This document shows, piece after piece, positions 29,268 through 38,061 of a DNA stretch of 64,000 nt; the first letter of the stretch is position 1, and every line of letters begins with the position of its first letter. This DNA is from Planctomycetota bacterium (GTDB taxonomy: Bacteria; Planctomycetota; B15-G4; SIAN01), in the NCBI GenBank assembly GCA_031409275.1, contig JANNXA010000055.1, positions 384,001 through 448,000 on the forward strand, in the 5' to 3' direction. Under the pieces are notes generated by a model that was not told the DNA's origin, searched no databases, and saw only the letters and a list, made by a program, of their open reading frames with translations. The translations under genes and the position numbers were made by a program.

Positions 29268-30857
29268 ATGAGTCTTGAGTGGAAGAAGGGCGTCATCGCC
29301 GTCCTCGGGCTGCTGTTCCTCGCCTCGCTGGTGCTCGTGCAGAAACTCGAGCTCGACCGGCGTCGGATCGAAGCGAAGATCGACGAGGCTCCCACGGTGG
29401 TGCCGGCGGCGTCGCGTCAGTGCGTGGATTGCCACGGTCAGTCGACGCCCGGCCTCGTCGACCACTGGAAAGGCAGCAAACACGCCGAGAAAGGCGTCGG
29501 CTGCATCGAATGCCACCGCGCCGAGCCGGGCGACGCCGACGGGTTCGACCACTACGGCGCGCACGTCGCCGCGATCGTCACGCCGATGGACTGCGGCCGC
29601 TGCCACCCCGACGAGCAGAAGGAGTTCGGCGCGAGCCACCACGCCAAGGCAGGCAACATCCTCGCCTCGCTCGACAACCTGCTCGCCGAGGTGGTCGAGG
29701 GCTCGCGGTCGCCGATGAACCCCCACTCACCGACGCCGGGACGTCCCGATGTGACCAGCGTGAACGGCCTCGCCAGCGTCGAGATCGGCTGCAAGCAGTG
29801 CCACGGCAGCAAGGTCGCGATGATGGGCAAGGACGGCACGCTCATCACCGTCGACGACCTGAAGCCCGACAAGCACGGGCAACCGACCAATCCCGCGATC
29901 CTCGCCAACGTCGCGCGCCGCGACGGCAAGCCGCTGATGGACACCGGGACCTGGCCCAACACCGGTATCGGTCGCCAGAACCTCGACGGGTCGCTCGGCT
30001 CATGCGCCGCTTGCCACAGCCGCCACGACTTCTCGGCGCGCCGCGCGCGGCAGCCGGAGAACTGCGGCAAGTGCCACCTCGGCCCCGACCATCCGCAGAA
30101 GGAGATCTACGAGGAGAGCAAGCACGGCGTCGCCTACCGCGATCTGAAGGACCAGATGAACCTCGACAGCAGGGACTGGGTGCTCGGCGCCGACTACTCG
30201 CAGGCGCCGACCTGCGCGACCTGCCACATGTCGGGCAATCTGCGCAACGGCGGCAAGGTCACCCACGATCCGGGCGAGCGAATCAGCTGGACCAACCGTC
30301 CGCCGGTCAGCCTCGCCATGGACACCGACAAGAACCACTCGGTGATCAAGGAGAGCGATCCGGCCAAGCGCGCGGCATTGGTCGCCGACGGCGGCGACGG
30401 CTGGCAGGCCAAGCGGCAACGCATGACGGATGTCTGCATGCATTGCCACACCCAGGACTACGTCGCGAGCTTCTACACGCAGTACGACGACCTCGTGGTG
30501 CTCTTCAACGAGAAGTTCGCGAAGCCGGGCCAGGCGATCGTCGCCGCGCTGCGCGCCCAGGCGCTGCTCACGCCGAAGGAGTTCGACGAAGAGATCGAGT
30601 GGACCTGGTACTACCTCTGGCACCACGAAGGGCGGCGCGCGCGGCACGGCGCTTCGATGATGGCGCCGGACTACGCCCACTGGCACGGGATGTACGAAGT
30701 CGCCGATCGCTTCTACATGCACTTCATCCCCGAGGCGCGCGAGCTCGCCGCCCATGCCGCGGCGGAGGGAAAACAGGCGCAGGCCGACGCCGTGACCGCG
30801 GTGATCGACGAGATCCTCGCGCGGCCCGAGCATGAGTGGAGCGTGAAGAAGCAGTGA
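29268..30857 (+). CDS. Membrane-anchored octaheme cytochrome c, hydroxylamine oxidoreductase (HAO) family
   Basis: Eight CxxCH (CVDCH, CIECH, CGRCH, CKQCH, CAACH, CGKCH, CATCH, CMHCH); HSRHDFS..ARQPE, HLGPDHP, ESKHG, APTCATCHM, APDYAHWHG; N-terminal hydrophobic anchor. Confidence 0.92.
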   Translation: MSLEWKKGVIAVLGLLFLASLVLVQKLELDRRRIEAKIDEAPTVVPAASRQCVDCHGQSTPGLVDHWKGSKHAEKGVGCIECHRAEPGDADGFDHYGAHVAAIVTPMDCGRCHPDEQKEFGASHHAKAGNILASLDNLLAEVVEGSRSPMNPHSPTPGRPDVTSVNGLASVEIGCKQCHGSKVAMMGKDGTLITVDDLKPDKHGQPTNPAILANVARRDGKPLMDTGTWPNTGIGRQNLDGSLGSCAACHSRHDFSARRARQPENCGKCHLGPDHPQKEIYEESKHGVAYRDLKDQMNLDSRDWVLGADYSQAPTCATCHMSGNLRNGGKVTHDPGERISWTNRPPVSLAMDTDKNHSVIKESDPAKRAALVADGGDGWQAKRQRMTDVCMHCHTQDYVASFYTQYDDLVVLFNEKFAKPGQAIVAALRAQALLTPKEFDEEIEWTWYYLWHHEGRRARHGASMMAPDYAHWHGMYEVADRFYMHFIPEARELAAHAAAEGKQAQADAVTAVIDEILARPEHEWSVKKQ

Positions 30858-30879
30858 GCGGCGTCGCGCGCCGCCCGAC

Positions 30880-32196
30880 TCACCAGTCGCGGCGCGCGAC
30901 GTACACGCACGTGAACGCGACCATCGCTGCAGCGAAGAGCGCGGTCGTGCCACCGGCAAACCACCAGTTGACTTCGACGGCACCACCCATCAGGCGCGTG
31001 GCGCCGGCCGCCGAGAGGTAGTCGCGCGCAAGGATCGACTGGTTCAACACCGCCAGGTCGGACGACTTCGGCAGGATCCAGTAGGCCACGTCGACCAGCG
31101 GCTTCCAGCGCTCGCCGCCGCCGATCTGCCCGTGCTCCATCATGGTCCGCAGCGTGCGCACCACGCCTTCCAGCCCCCACGCCATCAGCCCGGCGAGCGA
31201 CGCGAGGGTGACGTGGCGCGTCGCTGCGCCGACCAGCATCGTGACCGGGTAGATCGCGCCGAACACCAGCGTGCAGGTCAGCGCGCAGCCGATCAGGCCA
31301 AACCTCCAGAAGCCGGTCGCGACGCCGAGCGCGACGCAGCAGCCCGTGAAGAGGATCGTCCAGAGCAGCAGCACGAAGAGCAGCGCGCCGAGGTACTTGA
31401 ACAGGATCAGGCGCACGCGCCCGACGGGCCGCGCGAGCAGCAGATCGAAACGTCCCTTCTGCAGGAGGTCGGGCAGCGCCGAGGCGAACATGCCGAGCAG
31501 GATGAGGACGCCGAAGAAGCCGGCGAATCGCTCGGCGACTCCAGCCTGCAGCTGCGCGAGGAACTCCGCCTGCGACGTCCCGTCGAGCGTGGTCGAGAAC
31601 GAGTGGAAGAACCAGCTCACCTCGCACGCCCCACGGAGTTCGAGCGGGTGCTCCGCTCCCGCGCCGACGACGAAACGGCGGCCGGCGTCCCCCACGCTGC
31701 GCACGATCACCGGCGAGAATCCCGCTTCCAGGAAGTGTGCCTCGAGGCAGGTGCGATGCACGTCGGGTCCGATCGGCGTCGTCGAAGTTGCTGGAGCGGC
31801 CGCCGCCTCGCCGTTCTCGATCCGCTGCTGAAACGCGCGACGCGCCACGCACAACGCGTCGAGCTGCCGCATGTCGTCGAAGGAGAGGTCGAGCAGCCGC
31901 AGCCCGTCGATCCCGAGTGGGAAGTCATCTTCCGGGGTCGGCGCGCGCGGGCCGCCGATCGTGCAGCTCACCGGCCTCGACGACGACATCGTTCCGCGCA
32001 ACCCCATCGGACGCAGTTGCAGCTCGCCGAGACGTTGTGCGGCGCCCCTCAGCGCGGCGTCGACATCGACCGGCGTGAACGAGAGGCTGCCGAAGGAGAC
32101 GACGATGGCGAGCGAGAAGAGCGCCAGCACCCACACGACTCGCTTGTCGCGCGCTTCGCGCCAGACATCGCCGATCAACGCCAGGAAGACGGTCAT
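30880..32196 (-). CDS. ABC-2 type exporter permease with large extracytoplasmic domain
   Basis: 'GRFDLLLARPVGRVRLILFKYLG', multiple TMs, C-terminal RRDW. Confidence 0.85.
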   Translation of the reverse strand: MTVFLALIGDVWREARDKRVVWVLALFSLAIVVSFGSLSFTPVDVDAALRGAAQRLGELQLRPMGLRGTMSSSRPVSCTIGGPRAPTPEDDFPLGIDGLRLLDLSFDDMRQLDALCVARRAFQQRIENGEAAAAPATSTTPIGPDVHRTCLEAHFLEAGFSPVIVRSVGDAGRRFVVGAGAEHPLELRGACEVSWFFHSFSTTLDGTSQAEFLAQLQAGVAERFAGFFGVLILLGMFASALPDLLQKGRFDLLLARPVGRVRLILFKYLGALLFVLLLWTILFTGCCVALGVATGFWRFGLIGCALTCTLVFGAIYPVTMLVGAATRHVTLASLAGLMAWGLEGVVRTLRTMMEHGQIGGGERWKPLVDVAYWILPKSSDLAVLNQSILARDYLSAAGATRLMGGAVEVNWWFAGGTTALFAAAMVAFTCVYVARRDW

Positions 32197-33170
32197 CGTG
32201 AAGCCCCCGCCCCGTTCGCGTCGGGTGACGCATTCGCATCCGGCGCTGCCGGCGCCGGCCCTCCCGCTTTCACGCTGTCGAGGAAGACCTCCTCGAGGCT
32301 CTGCCGCTTGCTGCTCAGTCCGCGCAGGCCGATCCCGCGCGCGCGCAGGAAATCGACCACCGCGTCGATCTGCTCGTCCCGCTCCAGCACCAGGTCGACG
32401 TTGCAGCCACCGCTGGCGCGCGCGGTCCCGAAGGCGCGAGCCAGCTCCCCCACCAGCGCATCGCCCGGGGGTTGCGAAAGGGTGACCTGAAGCGAGCGAT
32501 CCGTCTGCGTGAGCTCGGCCACGGTGCCAACGCGGACGAGCTGGCCACGGCTCAAGATCCCGACGCGATCACACAGCTGCTCGACTTCGGAGAGGAGGTG
32601 CGAGTTCAGGAAGATCGTCTTGCCCGCGCGACGCTGCGCTTCCAGCATCTCGCGAATCTGCGCGCGTCCGACCGGATCGATGCCGTCGGTGGGCTCGTCG
32701 AGGAAGAGGATGTCGGGCTCGGCAATCAACGCCTGGGCCAGACCGAGGCGCTGTTTCATGCCTTTCGAGAAGCCGCGGACCTTGCTCCGAGCGACGTCAT
32801 CGAGACCGACCTCGGACAACAGCGACTCCGCCCGCGGCCGCGCCGCCGACGGCGCAACCCCCGACAGCCCCGCGTAGAAGAGCAGCGCGCTCTGCGCCGT
32901 GTGGTAGTCGGGAAAGCGGTGATCTTCCGGCAGGTAGCCCACGCGGCGACGCGCCGCCGTGCGACGCGAAGAGACATCGAGGAGCGACGTGGTGCCGCTG
33001 CTGGGTCGAACCAGATCGAGCAGCACCTTCACCAACGTGGTCTTGCCCGCACCGTTGGCGCCGAGCAGACCGAAGATCTCGCCGCGTTCGACCGCGAGCG
33101 AGACGTCCCGCAGCGCCTGGACGCCGTTGCGGTAGGTCTTCGAGACCCCCGAAGCCACGATCGCGCTCAT
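32193..33170 (-). CDS. ABC transporter ATP-binding protein
   Basis: GANGAGKTT, FSKGMKQR, LDEPTDGIDP, NSHLLSEVE. Confidence 0.93.
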   Translation of the reverse strand: MSAIVASGVSKTYRNGVQALRDVSLAVERGEIFGLLGANGAGKTTLVKVLLDLVRPSSGTTSLLDVSSRRTAARRRVGYLPEDHRFPDYHTAQSALLFYAGLSGVAPSAARPRAESLLSEVGLDDVARSKVRGFSKGMKQRLGLAQALIAEPDILFLDEPTDGIDPVGRAQIREMLEAQRRAGKTIFLNSHLLSEVEQLCDRVGILSRGQLVRVGTVAELTQTDRSLQVTLSQPPGDALVGELARAFGTARASGGCNVDLVLERDEQIDAVVDFLRARGIGLRGLSSKRQSLEEVFLDSVKAGGPAPAAPDANASPDANGAGASR

Positions 33171-33223
33171 CCACCGCCCTCCACCCCATTCAGGAACGGG
33201 GCGATGGTAACGGGGAGCCGAGT

Positions 33224-33910
33224 TCAGCCGTGCGAACAGCAGTTGCTGACCGGCTGGAGCCCTCGCCACATGGTGATCCCGCCGACCAGCAGCGTCACCA
33301 GCGCGCCAAGCCAGCCGATCCGCGCGCGCCATGGCAGCGCGAGTCGACCGCCAAGGCGCGCGAAGAGCAGCAGCGCCGGCAACGTGGCCGCTCCGAACGT
33401 GGCCATCGCCGCCGCGCCCGCGAGGCCGCTACCGGAAGCGGCGGCGAGCCCGAGCGCGGCCGCGGTCACTCCGCAAGGGAGGAGGCCGTTCGCGGCGCCA
33501 AACAGCAGTTGCGCCACCGCCCCATCGCCATGCGCCAGCGCGCGCACTCCCGCCGCAGCCCTGTGCGTCGCGCGCCGGAAGACCTCAGCGAGGCGCGCCG
33601 GGACGAGGCGCGAAATGACGCCGAATTGGTGCAGCGCCAACGCAAGCATCACGCCGCCGGCCAGCAGCGCGAGCGCCCGTTGCGCGCTCTCGCTCTGGGC
33701 CGCGCGCTGCCCCGCACTCCCCGCCAGCGAGCCGAGGAACGAATAGGTCGCGACACGTCCCAGGTGGAATCGCAGGAGTCGGCGCCACGCATGACCACCG
33801 CGCGCCGTCAGCATCAACGAGAAACCGCCGCACATGCCGATGCAATGGAGCGTGCTGCCGACCCCGAGCGTGGCAGCCAGCGCGAGCGACGGCCACGGCA
33901 CGAACGTCAC
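33224..33910 (-). CDS. Sulfite-exporter TauE/SafE-like (DsbD_2) protein, cbb3-associated maturation factor
   Basis: LHCIGMCG, HLGR..TY, GLLPCG, M..FG..TLP motifs; start 33910 or 33931. Confidence 0.85.
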   Translation of the reverse strand: MTFVPWPSLALAATLGVGSTLHCIGMCGGFSLMLTARGGHAWRRLLRFHLGRVATYSFLGSLAGSAGQRAAQSESAQRALALLAGGVMLALALHQFGVISRLVPARLAEVFRRATHRAAAGVRALAHGDGAVAQLLFGAANGLLPCGVTAAALGLAAASGSGLAGAAAMATFGAATLPALLLFARLGGRLALPWRARIGWLGALVTLLVGGITMWRGLQPVSNCCSHG

Positions 33911-33911
33911 T

Positions 33912-34556
33912 TCAGGCGACCTCAGGTGCACGCGGCAGCTGCGGCGGCTCGAAGCGCCCGACGAACGCGAGCAGCGTCAGGCTGACCGCGAAGACGACGT
34001 GCGTCGACAACGCGACCAGCACCGGGACTTCGCGCACGATCCAGTCGCCGCCAAAGAGCATCGGCTGCAGCCACGACAGGATCCCGTAGTAGCCGACCAG
34101 CCAGAGGCCGATGCCAGCGGCAACCGCAAGACCGAGGCGCCGCCCGAGACGCGCCGTCGGGAAGAAGCGCTGGCCGATGACATGGAGCGCCGCGCCGAGC
34201 GCCATTCCGGTCGCGAGGTAGAGCAGCACGCCCGTCGACAGCGCGAAACCGTCCTCACTCGTCAGCGCTCGCTCACGCAACGGGAAGGTGAGGTAGACCT
34301 TGATCAGTTGCAGCGGATGCTTGCCGACCAGCAGCGCTCCCACGATGTTGAACAACAGGCTCGCGCCCGCCGCCACGAGTCCGAGGATGCTGCCCACCAC
34401 GACGTGAAAGGCGAGATAGAAGCGCTCCGGCCACCATCCCGCCGCCGCGGCCGGGGCCTGCAGGCTCTCGCGCAGCGCCGACAGACGCGCTTCGAGTGCG
34501 ATCAGCTCCGCTTCCGCCTGCGGTCGTGACGACGTCGACGCCCCTTGTGGTTCCAT
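33912..34556 (-). CDS. Hypothetical membrane protein (about 4 TM, N-terminal coiled coil)
   Basis: ATG 34556 with GGAGAG upstream; hydrophobic segments; heads the operon divergent from cbb3. Confidence 0.7.
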   Translation of the reverse strand: MEPQGASTSSRPQAEAELIALEARLSALRESLQAPAAAAGWWPERFYLAFHVVVGSILGLVAAGASLLFNIVGALLVGKHPLQLIKVYLTFPLRERALTSEDGFALSTGVLLYLATGMALGAALHVIGQRFFPTARLGRRLGLAVAAGIGLWLVGYYGILSWLQPMLFGGDWIVREVPVLVALSTHVVFAVSLTLLAFVGRFEPPQLPRAPEVA

Positions 34557-34771
34557 CGCAGCTCTCCGTGTGGGCTTCTCGCCCTTCACTCGAATCGAGT
34601 CGCGCCACCTATGCAACCTGCGGCCCGTTGGCGCGTGCGCCGCCGCCATCGGAGCGGCAGTCGGTTCGGGACCCCGACATCGGGTGATCTTCCCTAGCGC
34701 AACGGGACCGATCGGGAGATCAACACCACGATTGCGATCGTCGTGCGAATCGCCACCCGGGCAGCCTCGCA

Positions 34772-34787
34772 TGGCACCGCAGGTGCA
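34772..34787 (+). promoter_or_regulatory. Putative sigma-54 promoter of the cbb3 operon
   Basis: TGGCAC-CGCAG-GTGCA with exact GG-N10-GC spacing, about 45 bp upstream of the ATG. Confidence 0.7.
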
Positions 34788-34832
34788 ATCGGCCGCCGCA
34801 TCCTGCGTAGGCCAACCGGTGCGAGGGCAAGC

Positions 34833-35633
34833 ATGATGCGACGATGGTGGACGGCAGCGCTGCTGCTGGGTGGCGCGCTGCTCGGTGTGTCGTGTTCGAA
34901 CGACGCCGACCAGAACTTCTACGAGTTCGGCGCGACGTCGAATCTGACCAGCGCGCAATGGCGCGGGCAGGAACTGTACCTGCGCTACTGCGCGGGGTGC
35001 CACGGCGACAAAGGCAACGGCAAGGGACCCGCCGCCCCGTTCCTCGACCCCAAGCCCCGCGATTTCACACGCGGCATCTTCAAGTTCCGCTCGACGCCGA
35101 GTTCTTCGCTGCCGACCGATGCCGACCTCGTGCGGACGATCCGCGAAGGGGTCCACGGCACGTCGATGCCAGCGTGGCGCGACCTGCCCGACGCCGAGGT
35201 GCAGTCGATCGTCGCCTACGTGAAGACGCTCGCCAAGCGTTTCAGCCGCGAGAAGCCTGCTCCCTCGCTGTCGCTCCCCGGCGCGCCGGCCGACATCGAC
35301 TCGCCGGCTCGCGTCGCGCGCGGCAAGCAGGTCTACGCCGACCTGAAGTGCGGGCTGTGCCACGGTGAAGGCGGAAAGGGCGACGGCTCGTCCGCCGGCA
35401 AGCTCGTCGACAGCGAAGGCAACCCGATCAAGCCCTTCGACTTCACGCGCAAGGAACCCAAAGGCGGCAGTCGCCCCGAGGACCTCTACCGCACGTTCAT
35501 GACCGGACTCGCCGGCACCCCGATGCCGGACTTCGCCGAGACCACGAGCGACGACCAGCAGCGCTTCGACCTCGTCGCGTTCGTCCGCTCGCTGCGCGCG
35601 GCCGCCAACGCCCCCGTCAAGGAGAGCCGATGA
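34833..35633 (+). CDS. Diheme cytochrome c lipoprotein (possible CcoP substitute)
   Basis: Lipobox LGVSC; CAGCH...PKPRDF...GTSMP and CGLCH...GTPMP (two His/Met domains). Confidence 0.88.
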   Translation: MMRRWWTAALLLGGALLGVSCSNDADQNFYEFGATSNLTSAQWRGQELYLRYCAGCHGDKGNGKGPAAPFLDPKPRDFTRGIFKFRSTPSSSLPTDADLVRTIREGVHGTSMPAWRDLPDAEVQSIVAYVKTLAKRFSREKPAPSLSLPGAPADIDSPARVARGKQVYADLKCGLCHGEGGKGDGSSAGKLVDSEGNPIKPFDFTRKEPKGGSRPEDLYRTFMTGLAGTPMPDFAETTSDDQQRFDLVAFVRSLRAAANAPVKESR

Positions 35634-37075
35634 CCCCTGCCGCCGTCGTTGCACTCCCCGCCGCGCCCGCCGACACGCTGGTGCCGCTCGTCGATCTGAC
35701 GCTGGTGCGCCGCCATCTGCTGGCGGGGTTCATCTGGCTGCTCACTTCGATGTTCGCCGGGCTGCTGGTCTCGTTGCAGTTCCTCGGCCACTACCCGATC
35801 GACTTCGTCGAGATCTTCTCGCCCGGTCGCGTCCGCATGGTCCACACCAACCTGGTGGCGTTCGGCTTCCTGCTGAACAGCATGGCCGGCGTCGCCTACT
35901 GGATCGTGCCGCGCCTGACCGGCTTGCGGCTGCCGTGGCCGCGCGTCGCCCGCTTCAATTTCTGGCTGATGCAGCTGATGGATGTGCTGCTGATCGGACT
36001 GCTGCTCGGCGGCCAGGCGCAGGCGGTCGAATGGGGTGAGACGCCCGTCATCCTCGATCCGCTGGTGGCGCTGGTCGCGGTGATCTTCTTCCTCAACATC
36101 GGCGCCTGCATGTTCAAGATCGGCCGGCGCCCGGTCTACGTCACGCTCTGGTATTTCAGCGCGGCGACGATCTGGACCGCGCTCACCTACCTGATGGGCA
36201 ACTACCTGCCGCAGTTCTTCGTGCCCGGCGCCGCGGGCGGCGCCATCGCCGGTCTCTACATCCACGACCTCGTCGGGCTGTTCGTGACACCGCTCGGTTG
36301 GGGCGCGATGTACTTTTTCGTCCCGCTGCTGCTCAAGCGCCCGATCTACAGCCACGCGCTGTCGCTGATCGGCTTCTGGGGGCTCGCGTTCTTCTACCCC
36401 CTGCAGGGCGTCCACCACTTCTTGTGGAGCCCGATCCCGATGTACGCGCAGTACGGGGCCGTGGTGTCGACCATCGCCGTCGAGATCGTCGTCGCGACCG
36501 TCATCGTCAACTTCTTCCTGACGCTGCGCGGGCAGATGGATCAGCTGCGCACCAGCCTGCCGCTGCGCTGGTTCTATACGGGGATGATCCTCTACTTCAC
36601 GACGTGCCTGCAGTGCTCGATCCAGGTGTTGCTGTCGGTGCAGAAGATCATCCACTTCAGCGACTGGGTGGTCGGCCACGCGCACTTGGTCATGTTCGGA
36701 GTGTTCGGCTTCTGGCTGTTCGGGATCATGATCCACCTGTGGCCGAAGCTGACGGGCCGCCCTTGGTGGTCCGAGAAGCTGAACGCCTGGCACTACTGGC
36801 TCTCGACCGCCGGGCTCGTGACGATGTTCCTCGACCTGCTGGTGGCCGGCGTCATGCAGGGGTTCCTCTGGCGCGACCTCGCCCCTTGGGAGGCGTCGGT
36901 GATCGCCTCGGTGCCGTTCTGGGCGGTGCGCACGGTCGCCGGAATGACGATCGCCGCGGGCCAGGTCTGCCTGGCCTGGAACATGTGGAAGTCGCGCGGC
37001 GCACGCGCGCACGCGCCGATGGTCCCGTACTTCACCCCGGTCGATGCGACGCGCAGCGGCGCGTCGCCGACCTGA
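35630..37075 (+). CDS. ccoN: cbb3-type (C-family) heme-copper oxidase subunit I
   Basis: GRVRMVHTN, EWGE, YIHDLVG, helix VII FYP..GVHH (cross-link Tyr), WVVGHAHL; followed by ccoO. Confidence 0.9.
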   Translation: MTPAAVVALPAAPADTLVPLVDLTLVRRHLLAGFIWLLTSMFAGLLVSLQFLGHYPIDFVEIFSPGRVRMVHTNLVAFGFLLNSMAGVAYWIVPRLTGLRLPWPRVARFNFWLMQLMDVLLIGLLLGGQAQAVEWGETPVILDPLVALVAVIFFLNIGACMFKIGRRPVYVTLWYFSAATIWTALTYLMGNYLPQFFVPGAAGGAIAGLYIHDLVGLFVTPLGWGAMYFFVPLLLKRPIYSHALSLIGFWGLAFFYPLQGVHHFLWSPIPMYAQYGAVVSTIAVEIVVATVIVNFFLTLRGQMDQLRTSLPLRWFYTGMILYFTTCLQCSIQVLLSVQKIIHFSDWVVGHAHLVMFGVFGFWLFGIMIHLWPKLTGRPWWSEKLNAWHYWLSTAGLVTMFLDLLVAGVMQGFLWRDLAPWEASVIASVPFWAVRTVAGMTIAAGQVCLAWNMWKSRGARAHAPMVPYFTPVDATRSGASPT

Positions 37076-37096
37076 CCTCCGCGGAGAGAGCTCGCC

Positions 37097-37735
37097 ATGG
37101 AACGGGTACGCGCAATCCTGCTGCTCGCCGGCGTCTTCTTCTTCGCCCTTTCGTTCGCGCTGATGGGCGTCCTGCCGATGGTGACGCTGTCGGACCTGCC
37201 CACGCAGACGCTCGCGGAGGTCGCGCCGGTGGTCCAGGAGAGCTTCGTCGATCTTCAGGAGCGCTGGCCCGCCGCCTTCGACAAGGCGTTCGGCGAAGTG
37301 TCGCTCGAGAGCTACCACGCGGCACTGCGCCGCGGCCGCGAGATCTACATCGGCGAAGGCTGCTGGCACTGCCACTCGCAGTTCGTCCGGCCGGTCAGCA
37401 ACGAAGGCCTGCGCTTCGGCCCGGTCTCGATCGCGGAGGAGTACCAGAACGAGATGCAGATGCCGGTGCTGTTCGGCACTCGTCGCGTCGGACCGGACCT
37501 CACCCGCGAAGGCGGCAAGCGCCCGAACGACTGGCATGCCGCCCACTTCTTCGATCCGCCGAGCGTGGTCCCTTCCAGCGTGATGCCGCGCTATCCGTGG
37601 CTCTTCGAGCCCGTGGTCGGCGGAGTGCTGCCGACGCCGCCCAACCGCGACGGATTGAGCCTGATCGCCTACGTGCAATGGCTCGGCAAGTGGCCGCGCC
37701 CCGACGTCGAAGCCCCGGTGGCGGAGAGCCCATGA
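37097..37735 (+). CDS. ccoO: cbb3-type oxidase subunit II, monoheme
   Basis: GREIYIGEGCWHCHSQFVRP, GTRRVGPDL, SVMPRYPWLF. Confidence 0.93.
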   Translation: MERVRAILLLAGVFFFALSFALMGVLPMVTLSDLPTQTLAEVAPVVQESFVDLQERWPAAFDKAFGEVSLESYHAALRRGREIYIGEGCWHCHSQFVRPVSNEGLRFGPVSIAEEYQNEMQMPVLFGTRRVGPDLTREGGKRPNDWHAAHFFDPPSVVPSSVMPRYPWLFEPVVGGVLPTPPNRDGLSLIAYVQWLGKWPRPDVEAPVAESP

Positions 37736-38061
37736 ACGTTCCGACGATTCCGGACAAGGCACCGCGCTGGCTGCTGATCACCTTCATCGTGGTGGTCGGC
37801 ATCGCGGGATACGGCTTCCTCTTCAAGCTCGTCGAGTTCGCGCACACTCTGAACGCCGCGCCCGACGTGAGCTTCGCGCTGATGCCGATGGTCACCTACC
37901 TGGCGGTGGCCGCCGGATTCTTCTGCCTGCTGGGCTGGGCGACGCTGACCGGACAGTGGAAGGACATCGAGGGCCCCAAACGCTGGATGCTCGAGAACGA
38001 GGCGGCGCTCGACGCAGCGACGCCGGCACCGGACGCCGACGAGGCGAGCGCGACGCCGTGA
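37732..38061 (+). CDS. Small 2-TM protein with CcoS/FixS-like C-terminus
   Basis: 'WATLTGQWKDIEGPK.WML' resembles the CcoS 'W...GQFDD.E' motif; overlaps both neighbours. Confidence 0.65.
   Translation: MNVPTIPDKAPRWLLITFIVVVGIAGYGFLFKLVEFAHTLNAAPDVSFALMPMVTYLAVAAGFFCLLGWATLTGQWKDIEGPKRWMLENEAALDAATPAPDADEASATP

Noticed and set aside
29268..30857. Evidence for an anammox or ammonia-oxidising organism
   Set aside because: No hzs, amo or cycAB in the window; the apparent cross-link Tyr is absent; HAO-family proteins are widespread
34700..34730. FNR box upstream of the cbb3 operon
   Set aside because: Only the ATCAA half-site (34719-34723) is present; no TTGAT at N4 spacing
35630..37075. Nitric oxide reductase (NorB) instead of CcoN
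   Set aside because: Lacks the HLWVE Glu motif, has the helix VII Tyr, and is followed by clear ccoO and a Cu-type ATPase
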